Assembly: GCA_003670735.1 (NCBI GenBank)
Contig: QWQU01000001.1
Location: forward strand, 1,574-65,573
DNA: 64,000 nt
Direction of reading: 5' to 3'
DNA from: Chloroflexota bacterium
GTDB taxonomy: Bacteria; Chloroflexota; Dehalococcoidia; UBA2979
The notes beneath the pieces are model-generated. The model did no database searches. It worked only from the letters and a program-made list of their open reading frames with translations, and was not told the origin of the DNA. Of the stretch, positions 56,688 to 64,000 are shown piece after piece. Positions within the stretch are counted from its first letter, which is position 1. The number at the start of each line of letters is the position of its first letter. The translations under genes and the position numbers were made by a program.

Positions 56688-57224
56688 CTAGGCGGGGCCA
56701 CCGGGCTGCCCACTGCCAACCACGACACGCGCGGGACGGACGACCCGCCCGTCGATCACATAACCGGCCTGCACCACCGCGACGACCTGGCCCTCAGGAC
56801 CCGGTGCGTACGAGATTGCCTCGTGCATCGCGGGGTCGAACGCCTGGCCCTCAGCCTCGATCGGCTGCACGCCGCTCGACTCGAGGACGCCTCGGAACTT
56901 TCGCTCCACGTTGCGCACACCCTCGACCCAGCGGTGCTCCGCGATCTCGGAGTCCACCGACTCCAGCGCGCGATCGAGGTCGTCGAGCACGGGCAGGTAG
57001 TTCACGATCACGCTCGTGAGCGTGAAGCGCGCCCATTCCTTGCGCTCATCGTCAGAGCGCCGGCGCAGGTTCTGGTAGTCCGCGACTGCGCGCAGGTACT
57101 TGCTTCGCAGCTCCTCGAGCTCTACCTCAAGCGAGGCCTCGGCCGGAGCCTGCTCCTCGTTCGCAGCGGTTTCGTCAGACACCGACCCTTCGGGCGGTGT
57201 CCCGCTTCCATCTCCAGTCGTCAT
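56688..57224 (-). CDS. grpE: nucleotide exchange factor GrpE
   Basis: LEELRSKYLRAVADYQNLRRR...FDPAMHEAI is the GrpE signature. 178 aa. Confidence 0.9.
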   Translation of the reverse strand: MTTGDGSGTPPEGSVSDETAANEEQAPAEASLEVELEELRSKYLRAVADYQNLRRRSDDERKEWARFTLTSVIVNYLPVLDDLDRALESVDSEIAEHRWVEGVRNVERKFRGVLESSGVQPIEAEGQAFDPAMHEAISYAPGPEGQVVAVVQAGYVIDGRVVRPARVVVGSGQPGGPA

Positions 57225-57263
57225 GGCATTCCTCGGCCGACCTGTTGGGTCGAATAGGGGTGG

Positions 57264-58277
57264 CTACTGGCCGACCCCGCGCAACAACGTGTTCATCAGC
57301 GAGGCGACGTAGCGCACGCGCGGCACGGTGTACCCGTAGCGCATGCGAGTCGGCCCCAGCACCGCGATCGTGCCCGAGGGAGCTGAGGGGTCGCCGAAGC
57401 TCGAGACCACCAGGCTCCACTCGTGCATCCAGTCGTCCGTGTTCTCCGAGCCGATCATCACCTGGGTCATCCCCGGGTTGAGCTCGCCCGGCAGCGGCAG
57501 CGCGCGCGACAGCTCGTACGCCTCGAGGTGCCGCACTGCGTCGAGCATGCGGTCCACCGAGGAGAACTCGGGCTGCTCCAGCGCGGAGCGCACGCCTTCG
57601 ACGTACGCCTCCGCGGCTACCTGCGAGGCAATCAGGTCCGCCGTCGCGCGCAGCACGCGCTCATCGTCCGTGTTCAGGTCGGGGGCGTCGGCGAGCCGCC
57701 GCACGGTCGCCGCATCACCCGAGCTGATCAGAACGTTGAGTCGCTCCGCGCGGGCAGCGAGGTCGGCTCGCTCGTGCGCGACCGAGAGCTGCAGCACCCG
57801 CTGCTGCACCCGGCCGTCGTCCATCACCACCACCAGCAGCACGGTCTCGCCCTGAAGCTCGACCAGCTGGAGGTGGCGCATCGCGCTCTGCTTCCGAGGC
57901 CGCACGATCACGGCCACGTTCGCCACCGCACTCGCCAGCACGTGAGCGGCGAGGCTGAACCACTCCTCTTGTCGGGCCGGCACCTGGTGGAACTGGTGCT
58001 CGATGGTGCGCTGCTCGGCGCTGCCCACCGGCGACTCCGCCATTAGCTCCTCGACGTAGACGCGATACCCGCGCTCCAGCGGCACGCGCCCGGCGGACGT
58101 GTGCGGCTGCGCGATGTAGCCGTCCTCTTCGAGGCGGGCCAGCTCGTTGCGGATAGTGGCCGTCGAGACCTGCAGGCCATGGTGGTCGACCAGCGCGCGC
58201 GAACTGACGGGCGCAGCCGTGTCGATGTATTCGTTGATCACCAGGCTCAGAATCTCGGCGCGACGTCCGGTCAGCAC
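57264..58277 (-). CDS. hrcA: heat-inducible transcription repressor HrcA
   Basis: LTGRRAEILSLVINEYIDTAAPVSSRAL (winged helix) plus C-terminal HrcA domain. Start set to GTG at 58277 (GGAGG 8 nt upstream), downstream of CIRCE. The ORF-track ORF runs through CIRCE and was trimmed. Confidence 0.85.
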   Translation of the reverse strand: MLTGRRAEILSLVINEYIDTAAPVSSRALVDHHGLQVSTATIRNELARLEEDGYIAQPHTSAGRVPLERGYRVYVEELMAESPVGSAEQRTIEHQFHQVPARQEEWFSLAAHVLASAVANVAVIVRPRKQSAMRHLQLVELQGETVLLVVVMDDGRVQQRVLQLSVAHERADLAARAERLNVLISSGDAATVRRLADAPDLNTDDERVLRATADLIASQVAAEAYVEGVRSALEQPEFSSVDRMLDAVRHLEAYELSRALPLPGELNPGMTQVMIGSENTDDWMHEWSLVVSSFGDPSAPSGTIAVLGPTRMRYGYTVPRVRYVASLMNTLLRGVGQ

Positions 58278-58300
58278 CTTCGGAACCTCCAGTGGACTGA

Positions 58301-58327
58301 TTAGCACTCTCAGGTCGAGAGTGCTAA
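58301..58327. promoter_or_regulatory. CIRCE operator (HrcA binding site)
   Basis: TTAGCACTC-N9-GAGTGCTAA, perfect consensus, in the hrcA 5' UTR. Confidence 0.92.
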
Positions 58328-58338
58328 CTACCTCCAGA

Positions 58339-58367
58339 ATTGTACGCACGCCCCAAAATCGGGTCAA
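58339..58367 (-). promoter_or_regulatory. sigma-A-type promoter of the hrcA-grpE-dnaK-dnaJ operon
   Basis: On the - strand: TTGACC, 17-nt spacer, TACAAT, placing the transcription start just upstream of CIRCE. Confidence 0.65.
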
Positions 58368-58462
58368 CGCTGGGATAACGCAGAGGCCAGCACGAGGGCC
58401 TGCGGCCTATACTGCGGCCCGCTGTTCCCGCCTCGGGAGCAGGGAGCACGCGGGGAACCGTC

Positions 58463-59062
58463 CTGCCTGGTCAGCCCGTCCAGAAGCCGTCCAGCGCTCG
58501 CAAGGCGCCAGCTCGCACCGCTCGGGCTGCCTCAACGCGTCCCGGTCCGGGCGGCGGTGTCGAGCACGACGCCTTCTCGAGTCTCTACGAGGCGTACGCA
58601 GACCGCGTCTACCGCTACCTGCTCTCCCGCACCGGCCAGCCCGTCGATGCCGAGGAACTCACCTCCCGCACCTTCCTCAACGCCCTCTCCAGCCTCGACA
58701 CCTATCGGGGTGGAGGCGCGAACTTCGGCTCCTGGCTGATGAGCATCGCCCACAACCTGCTGGCCAATTGGTACCGCAGCCGTGGTCGCCGGGGCGTCGC
58801 CGCCTCGCTGGACGACGCCCTCGAGGTACCCGCAGACACGCCGGGGCCTGAATCCTCCCTCGAGATGTCCGAGCAGATTCAGCGCGTCCGAGAGGCAGTG
58901 CGCTCGCTGCCGTCCGACCGCCAGCAGCTGCTCGCGCTCAAATACGTCGAGGGCCACACCAACGCCGAGATCGGCCGCCGCATGGGCCGCACCGAGGGCG
59001 CGATCAAGGCGCTGCACCACCGCACTCTCGCCCAGCTCCAGGACGCGCTCGGAGAGCCCTGA
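58463..59062 (+). CDS. ECF-type sigma-70 family factor (start codon not resolved)
   Basis: In-frame DAFSSLYEAYADRVYRYLLSRTGQPVDAEELTSRTFLNALSSLDTYRGGGANFGSWLMSIAHNLLANWYRS (regions 2.1-2.4) and C-terminal region 4 (LKYVEGHTNAEIGRRMGRTEGAIKALHHR). No ATG/GTG/TTG in frame between the stop at 58376 and Met 58739. 58463 is a CTG placeholder. Confidence 0.7.
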   Translation: MPGQPVQKPSSARKAPARTARAASTRPGPGGGVEHDAFSSLYEAYADRVYRYLLSRTGQPVDAEELTSRTFLNALSSLDTYRGGGANFGSWLMSIAHNLLANWYRSRGRRGVAASLDDALEVPADTPGPESSLEMSEQIQRVREAVRSLPSDRQQLLALKYVEGHTNAEIGRRMGRTEGAIKALHHRTLAQLQDALGEP

Positions 59063-59143
59063 TCGGTCATTCGCAACGCCTCGTTCGATGGCGACTGACC
59101 CCTGCGCCCGGTACGATCACGCTCCCCAGCACTGGAGGAAACC

Positions 59144-59785
59144 GTGGAGATCTCCTGGCTCGGCTATGGCTGCGTACGCGTACGCGCCCGAACTGCCGCC
59201 GTCGTAATGGACCCCTATACCCGCGAGGGCGGGCTCAACATGAGTCAGCCCAATGCGGACATCGTGACCGTCAGCCACGACGACCCACGCCACAACAACG
59301 CGAGCGGGGTCAAAGGCGAACCGCTCGTGATCACCGGCCCTGGTGAGTACGAGGTATCGGGCATCCAGATCCAGGGCATCCGCACCTCACTCAAGAGCGC
59401 GAGCCTGCCGCTGGATGGACCGGCCAAGGACCGCAACATCGCCTTCGTCCTCGAAGCCGAGAACCTACGCGTTGTCCAGCTCGGCAGCATCGGCGGCCCG
59501 CCGACCTCCGAGGAGGCCGAGGAGCTGCAGAACGCCGACATCATGTTCGTCACGATCGGCCCGGACGGCCTGAGCGCCGACGAGGCTGCTCGCACGGTCC
59601 GCGTGCTGGAGCCGACGATGATCATCCCGATCGGCTACGGCACGACCGGCACCGAGGATCCCGACCTCAAGGCCTTCCTCGTCGCTAGCGGCATCTCGCC
59701 CGAGGCGCCCGTGCAGCGCTTCTCCGTGCAGTCGAAGGGCAGCGAGACCCAGCGCGTGATCCTGCTCGACTGCCGCGGCGTCTAA
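59144..59785 (+). CDS. MBL-fold metallo-hydrolase-like protein (UPF0173-like, degenerate HxHxDH)
   Basis: 213 aa. GTG start with GGAGGA SD. DIVTVSHDDPRHNN resembles a metallo-beta-lactamase motif. Tentative. Confidence 0.55.
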   Translation: MEISWLGYGCVRVRARTAAVVMDPYTREGGLNMSQPNADIVTVSHDDPRHNNASGVKGEPLVITGPGEYEVSGIQIQGIRTSLKSASLPLDGPAKDRNIAFVLEAENLRVVQLGSIGGPPTSEEAEELQNADIMFVTIGPDGLSADEAARTVRVLEPTMIIPIGYGTTGTEDPDLKAFLVASGISPEAPVQRFSVQSKGSETQRVILLDCRGV

Positions 59786-59811
59786 CTCCAACCCACCCAG
59801 CCACATACAAC

Positions 59812-59847
59812 ACGTCCGAGGCAATCGCCTCGGACGTTTGAGTTCTG
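59812..59847. terminator. hairpin terminator between convergent MBL gene and M23/LysM gene
   Basis: ACGTCCGAGGC-AATC-GCCTCGGACGT 11-bp perfect stem followed by TTGAGTTCTG. Confidence 0.6.
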
Positions 59848-59863
59848 CGCCAGTCGTTGCGGG

Positions 59864-61135
59864 CTACGGCAGGTAGAGCATCGGGTTCTGAATCGCACCG
59901 TTGAGCATGATCTCGAAGTGCAGGTGCGGGCCGGTCACGCGGCCAGTCGTGCCACTGGTGCCGACCAGCTGGCCAGCCTCGATGAACTGACCGAGCTTCA
60001 CGCTGATGTTCGAGAGGTGCGCGTAGCGCGTCTCGAAGCCCTGGTCGTGACGGATGATCACGTTCAGGCCGTAGGAGCAGCAGGGGTCGCCACCGGCGAA
60101 CACGACCTGGCCAGCACGCGCGGCCGAGACCGAGACGTAGGGCGCTTCGATGTCGATGCCGAGCGGGTGGCTCGGACCGAAGTACGAGGTCACCGAGTTC
60201 ACGACCGGCCAGATGAAGCCGACGCGCGACTCAGGTCGTGAGACCACCGACGGAGCAGATGCCGTCGAGGCAGTTGGTGCGGCCGCCGCGAGCACACCCG
60301 GCTGCGGGCGCAGGCTCGGCGCCGGTCGCGGCGCAACCTTGCCGCCCGGCACGAGGATCATGCCGCCCTCCTGCAGGAGGTTCGGGTTGCCGGCGAGGCC
60401 GTTCGCAGGGAAAGAGATGATGTCAGCCGTCTTGGCGCTGTACTGGCTGGCGATGTCGGAAAGCGTCTCGCCGACCTTCACCTGATGGAGGATGCCCTCG
60501 ACGCTCGGCACCTGGAGTTTGCCGCCGACAGCGAGGACGTGCTGGTCGGAAATGATGTCGATGTTGTTCCAGAGGATGTACTGCGAGTCGATGCCGAACT
60601 TGGAGGCGATACCCGATACGGTGTCGCCCGCCTGGATCTCGTAGCGGTAGAAGAGTGGGAGCTGCTCCTGCGTACGCGAGGCGGTCACGGTGCCGTCCGC
60701 GCGAGCCGCGGAGGCCCGGTCGGACAGCGCGGTCAGCGCCTGCTGCGTGCTGTCGGATGCTCGGAGCACCGTGTCCTGACGCGACGCGGGCGACTGCACG
60801 CTCAGCGGAATCGCGGGTGACTCGAGGCGAGTGATGGAGGAAACCGGCGCCGACGAGGCGACACCCGGCAGTGAGAACGGCCCGACCTGCAACGCAAGCA
60901 GCTCGGGGTTGGAGGCAGCCGCCGGGAAGCGGCCGATGCTGATCGTCAGTGCGAAGAGCGCGATCGCGATCAGCGCGTGCACCCCAACGCGGAGATGAAG
61001 ACCTTGCCGTGCGGCCTCGATGCGCGGGTAGCGCTGGGCTCGCAGCAACGTGCGACTGAGTCGCCGCCGCTCAGGCGGGAGAAGGGTTCCTGTACCTGGA
61101 ATAAGTCTGCCCCCAGGGGAATCCGTGCCCAGCAA
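59864..61135 (-). CDS. M23-family peptidase with two LysM domains and an N-terminal TM anchor
   Basis: YRYEIQAGDTVSGIASKF and HQVKVGETLSDIASQY (LysM x2). HPLGIDIEAP...HLHFEI (M23). Confidence 0.8.
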   Translation of the reverse strand: MLGTDSPGGRLIPGTGTLLPPERRRLSRTLLRAQRYPRIEAARQGLHLRVGVHALIAIALFALTISIGRFPAAASNPELLALQVGPFSLPGVASSAPVSSITRLESPAIPLSVQSPASRQDTVLRASDSTQQALTALSDRASAARADGTVTASRTQEQLPLFYRYEIQAGDTVSGIASKFGIDSQYILWNNIDIISDQHVLAVGGKLQVPSVEGILHQVKVGETLSDIASQYSAKTADIISFPANGLAGNPNLLQEGGMILVPGGKVAPRPAPSLRPQPGVLAAAAPTASTASAPSVVSRPESRVGFIWPVVNSVTSYFGPSHPLGIDIEAPYVSVSAARAGQVVFAGGDPCCSYGLNVIIRHDQGFETRYAHLSNISVKLGQFIEAGQLVGTSGTTGRVTGPHLHFEIMLNGAIQNPMLYLP

Positions 61136-61255
61136 ACTCGTCTGCGACCGAGGGCTGTCACCCGTCCACGCTCTGGACGTGGCGCGATCCTACCACGGCC
61201 TCAAGCCCCCACGCTCCTTGACAATCCACGAGGAATACACCCGAAATCCCCATTT

Positions 61256-61274
61256 TCAGGACTAATTATCCTGA
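61256..61274. promoter_or_regulatory. AT-rich palindrome TCAGGA-CTAATTA-TCCTGA upstream of the M23/LysM gene (candidate operator/promoter element)
   Basis: 6-bp arms around a 7-nt AT spacer, in an AT-rich island (CCCCATTTTCAGGACTAATTATCCTGATCGTAAC) ~120 nt upstream of the start. Confidence 0.3.
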
Positions 61275-61358
61275 TCGTAACGTGGCGTTGCTCGGGAGCA
61301 GACACGAGGCGGCGAGAGCTCCCGAGGACGCCTCAGGACAGAAATGTCGCTTGAAATG

Positions 61359-61386
61359 CAGACGCCGGGCTCTCGCCCGGCGTCTG
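61359..61386 (-). terminator. hairpin terminator downstream of rho
   Basis: CAGACGCCGGGC-TCTC-GCCCGGCGTCTG 12-bp perfect stem, 28 nt after the rho stop. Flanks are only weakly T-rich. Confidence 0.55.
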
Positions 61387-61413
61387 TGCACATTCTCTGA
61401 ACGGGGAGAGCGG

Positions 61414-62934
61414 CTAGATGACCTCAGACTTGAGGGTCTGGAGGAACTCGCCGTTCGACTTCGTCTTCGACATGCGTTCCAGCACGCGCTCGGTCGCATC
61501 CGTGCCCTGGTCACCGACCATGGCAGCCATGCGGCGAAGCAGCCAGACGTTGCGCAGCGTCTCCTCGTCAAAGAGGAGATCCTCACGACGAGTGGACGAG
61601 GCGAAGATGTCGATTGCCGGGTAGACGCGCTTCTCGGCCAGGCGCCGGTCGAGCCGCAGCTCCATGTTACCGGTGCCCTTGAACTCCTCGAAGATGACGT
61701 CATCCATGCGCGAGCCCGTCTCGACGAGGCAGGTCGCGATGATCGTCAGCGAACCACCCTCTTCGGTGTTACGGGCCGAGCCGAAGAACCGCTTGGGCGG
61801 GTACAGCGCGATCGGGTCCATACCACCGGACAGCGTGCGGCCACTCGTCGGGATGGCGAGGTTGTATGCACGGGCCAGGCGCGTGATCGAGTCGAGCAGG
61901 ATGACGACGTCAACGCCGCCCTCGACCAACCGTCGAGCACGCTCGATCGCCGCTTCGGCGACGCGCGTGTGGTCCTCGACCGGCTCGTCGAACGTGCTGG
62001 CGATAACCTCGCCGCGCACGGAGCGCTGCATGTCCGTGACTTCCTCGGGCCGCTCACCGATGAGCAGCACCATGAGGTGGATGTCCGGGTTGTTGTTGCT
62101 GATGCCGTGCGCGATCTGCTTCAGCAGCATCGTCTTGCCGGCCTTCGGCGGCGAGACGATGAGGCCGCGCTGCCCACGACCGACAGGCGAGAACAGGTCA
62201 ACGATGCGCTGGCTCAGCTCGGAGGAGTCCGACTCCAGCATCAGCTGGCGATTCGGGAAGATCGGGGTGAGGTTCTCGAAGAACGGACGACGCTTGGCGT
62301 CTTCCGGGTCCATGCCGTTCACGGCCTCGACGCGCAGCAGGCCGTAGTACTTCTCGGAGTCCTTCGGCTGGCGCACCTGGCCGGTGACGTAGTCGCCGTT
62401 GCGGAGGCCGAAGCGGCGCACCTGCGACTGCGAAACGTAGACATCGTTGGGGCCAGGAATCAGGCGCTCGCCGCGGAGGAAGCCGAAGCCGTCATCCACG
62501 AGAGCGAGCACGCCACCAGAGAAGATGTTGCCCTGGTGCTCGGCCTGGCGCTGCAGAATGCGGAAGACGAGCTCCGGCTTGGGCAGGCCGGCCGGGTTCT
62601 CAACGTTGAGTGCATCGGCGGTGGCGATCAGCTCTTCGCGGGGCCGACGCTCGAGCTCTGCGATGTTCAGGCTTGGGACCTGCACCCGCGGTGGCCGCTC
62701 ACCACGCTCCTGGCGCTCGCGACCATCGCCGCCGCCATCGGGCTCGCCGCGATCGCGACGGTAGCCTCGAGGCTCACGGGGCGGGCGCTCGTCAGTTCGT
62801 TCGCGCTCATCAAAGCGCTGCTCGGTGGGCCGGGCCTCGACGGCGTCGTCTTCGACGACAGCCTCGACGATCGGCTCGTCCTGAGTGTCAGTAGGCGCAC
62901 CTGCGGCGCGCCCGCGTGCGGGAACACGTGCCAT
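61414..62934 (-). CDS. rho: transcription termination factor Rho with Arg/Glu/Asp-rich N-terminal extension
   Basis: Rho_N/CSD (VLALVDDGFGFLR...IRRFGLRNGDYVTG), P-loop GLIVSPPKAGKTMLL, Q and R loops. ~80-aa low-complexity N-terminal extension. Confidence 0.96.
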   Translation of the reverse strand: MARVPARGRAAGAPTDTQDEPIVEAVVEDDAVEARPTEQRFDERERTDERPPREPRGYRRDRGEPDGGGDGRERQERGERPPRVQVPSLNIAELERRPREELIATADALNVENPAGLPKPELVFRILQRQAEHQGNIFSGGVLALVDDGFGFLRGERLIPGPNDVYVSQSQVRRFGLRNGDYVTGQVRQPKDSEKYYGLLRVEAVNGMDPEDAKRRPFFENLTPIFPNRQLMLESDSSELSQRIVDLFSPVGRGQRGLIVSPPKAGKTMLLKQIAHGISNNNPDIHLMVLLIGERPEEVTDMQRSVRGEVIASTFDEPVEDHTRVAEAAIERARRLVEGGVDVVILLDSITRLARAYNLAIPTSGRTLSGGMDPIALYPPKRFFGSARNTEEGGSLTIIATCLVETGSRMDDVIFEEFKGTGNMELRLDRRLAEKRVYPAIDIFASSTRREDLLFDEETLRNVWLLRRMAAMVGDQGTDATERVLERMSKTKSNGEFLQTLKSEVI

Positions 62935-63009
62935 ATGTGTAGATACCGTGTACTAGGGGTCCTCGTAGAGGAGTAGTAGCAGAGGACCGGGGACGATTGG
63001 GATGCATGC

Positions 63010-63038
63010 ATTGTAGCCGACGCCTCAAAAGGCGACAA
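63010..63038 (-). promoter_or_regulatory. sigma-A-type promoter candidate for rho
   Basis: On the - strand: TTGTCG, 17-nt spacer, TACAAT, ~70 nt upstream of the rho ATG. Overlaps a weak hairpin plus TTTT that could terminate tal. Confidence 0.5.
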
Positions 63039-63059
63039 GACGGCCTTTGTGACGACCGA

Positions 63060-63707
63060 TCAGACCGCCTGGTACTTTTTCGCATCGGCGAGGAACGCCT
63101 GAATCCCCGCATCGGTGAGCGGGTGCCGCATCATGCCGAGCAGCACGTTCGAGGGCAGCGTCGCGACGTGCGAGCCAGCCAGCGCCGCCTCGGTTACGTG
63201 ACGCGTGTGCCGGATGCTCGCCGCGAGTACCTGCGTCTCGATCTGGTGACGCTCGAAGATCTCCACGCAGTCGCGCACGACCTGCATGCCGTCCTCACCA
63301 ATGTCATCGAGACGACCCACGAACGGCGAGACGAACGTCGCGCCGGCGCGTGCCGCGAGCAGTGCCTGGTTCGCCGAGAAGATCAGCGTGGTGTTCACGC
63401 GAATGCCCTCAGCGGACAGTCGCTTGATCGCCTGCAGGCCGGCCTCGTTCAGCACAACCTTGACCACCACGTTCGGGTGCCAGGCAGCGATGCGCTTGCC
63501 CTCGGCGACGATGTCGTCTGCCTCGAGCGAGACACACTCGGCGGAGATTGGCCCGTCCACGACTTCGCAGATCTCGAGCACGCGGTCCTTGTACTCGACA
63601 CCTTCACGCGCGAGCAGTGAGGGGTTGGTGGTGACACCGGAGATCACACCCATCGCCGCGGCGCGGCGGATCTCATCAATGTTGGCGGTGTCGAGGAAGA
63701 GTTCCAT
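63060..63707 (-). CDS. tal: transaldolase / fructose-6-phosphate aldolase family (short TalC/Fsa type)
   Basis: [13 protein letters not shown]...GVTTNPSL...NVVVKV (Schiff-base Lys). 215 aa. GAAGGAG SD. Confidence 0.85.
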   Translation of the reverse strand: MELFLDTANIDEIRRAAAMGVISGVTTNPSLLAREGVEYKDRVLEICEVVDGPISAECVSLEADDIVAEGKRIAAWHPNVVVKVVLNEAGLQAIKRLSAEGIRVNTTLIFSANQALLAARAGATFVSPFVGRLDDIGEDGMQVVRDCVEIFERHQIETQVLAASIRHTRHVTEAALAGSHVATLPSNVLLGMMRHPLTDAGIQAFLADAKKYQAV

Positions 63708-63737
63708 CGACGAGCTCCTTCTGACGCGAACGCGTCG

Positions 63738-63989
63738 CTAGAACGGACGGAAGACGGCGAGGGCGACCATCACCGGAATCGTGATCACGATCAGCGTTCC
63801 GAAGACCACCGGTACGCGATCCTCGAGTGCCTCACGCAGCTCCGGGGTGGACTCTCCCTGCTTCTGGGCCTGCAACGCAAGGTAGCGTACCCGGCGCAGT
63901 CCAACGCCCAGCAACGGCAGGAAGATGAAGACGTCGACGGCGTAGATCACCATCTTCGCCAACAGCCAGCCGGTACCAAAGAAGTTCAT
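63738..63989 (-). CDS. small hypothetical membrane protein (2 TM)
   Basis: 83-aa ORF with GC3 bias. Two hydrophobic helices. Sits near the window edge. Confidence 0.4.
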   Translation of the reverse strand: MNFFGTGWLLAKMVIYAVDVFIFLPLLGVGLRRVRYLALQAQKQGESTPELREALEDRVPVVFGTLIVITIPVMVALAVFRPF

Positions 63990-64000
63990 GTTCTCCGCGG

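Overview
This is a GC-rich bacterial chromosomal window (roughly two-thirds G+C by eye, not computed), almost fully coding, made up mostly of core housekeeping genes. All protein identities below come from reading the supplied translations for family motifs; no database search was run.

Genes found, 5'->3':
- The 3' end of rpoB overlapping rpoC, the latter carrying a large lineage-specific insertion.
- A TfoX-N-like gene, gdh, ispD-ispF, and cysE-cysS with a 1-nt overlap.
- A divergent pair of a secreted S33 peptidase and a lipoprotein whose start codons are 3 nt apart.
- A tRNA-Thr(UGU)-tRNA-Tyr(GUA)-tRNA-Thr(GGU)-tuf-rpmG-secE-nusG-rplK-rplA-rplJ-rplL block with the expected leaders and a strong terminator after rplL.
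- A loose accessory-looking stretch: a zinc-ribbon/LysM membrane protein, a bPH-like membrane protein, radC, cvpA, an HNH endonuclease and two hypotheticals.
- fpg/nei, pheA, trkA x2 and uspA on the minus strand.
- A tightly coupled pdxS-pdxT-hypothetical-R3H AAA ATPase-tmk operon.
- Thiolase, thrB-ask, a VOC protein, yceI and a divergent hxlR with a long inverted-repeat operator.
- dnaE.
- Two convergent MoxR AAA+ systems: a Bat-like operon (MoxR-DUF58-membrane protein-vWA-vWA/TPR) facing a MoxR-DUF58-transglutaminase-like triad.
- An M23 Tat-lipoprotein peptidase.
- The hrcA-grpE-dnaK-dnaJ-prmA-rsmE heat-shock operon with a perfect CIRCE operator and a sigma-A-type promoter.
- An ECF sigma factor with no canonical in-frame start, an MBL-fold protein, an M23/LysM peptidase, rho (N-terminal insertion, C-rich leader) and tal.

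No CRISPR array, rRNA gene or recognisable transposon was seen.

The most interesting point is the convergent twin MoxR systems. In the transglutaminase-like partner all three catalytic positions (Cys/His/Asp) appear replaced (Ser/Gln/Asn), which would make it a pseudo-enzyme scaffold. Smaller anomalies are also reported: a start-codon-sharing inverted repeat, the start-less ECF sigma, a PdxS 5' extension and operator-like palindromes.

High GC, hrcA/CIRCE control of dnaK, and the RpoC and Rho insertions hint at a Chloroflexota (Thermomicrobia-like) or Deinococcota-like lineage. That placement is inference only.
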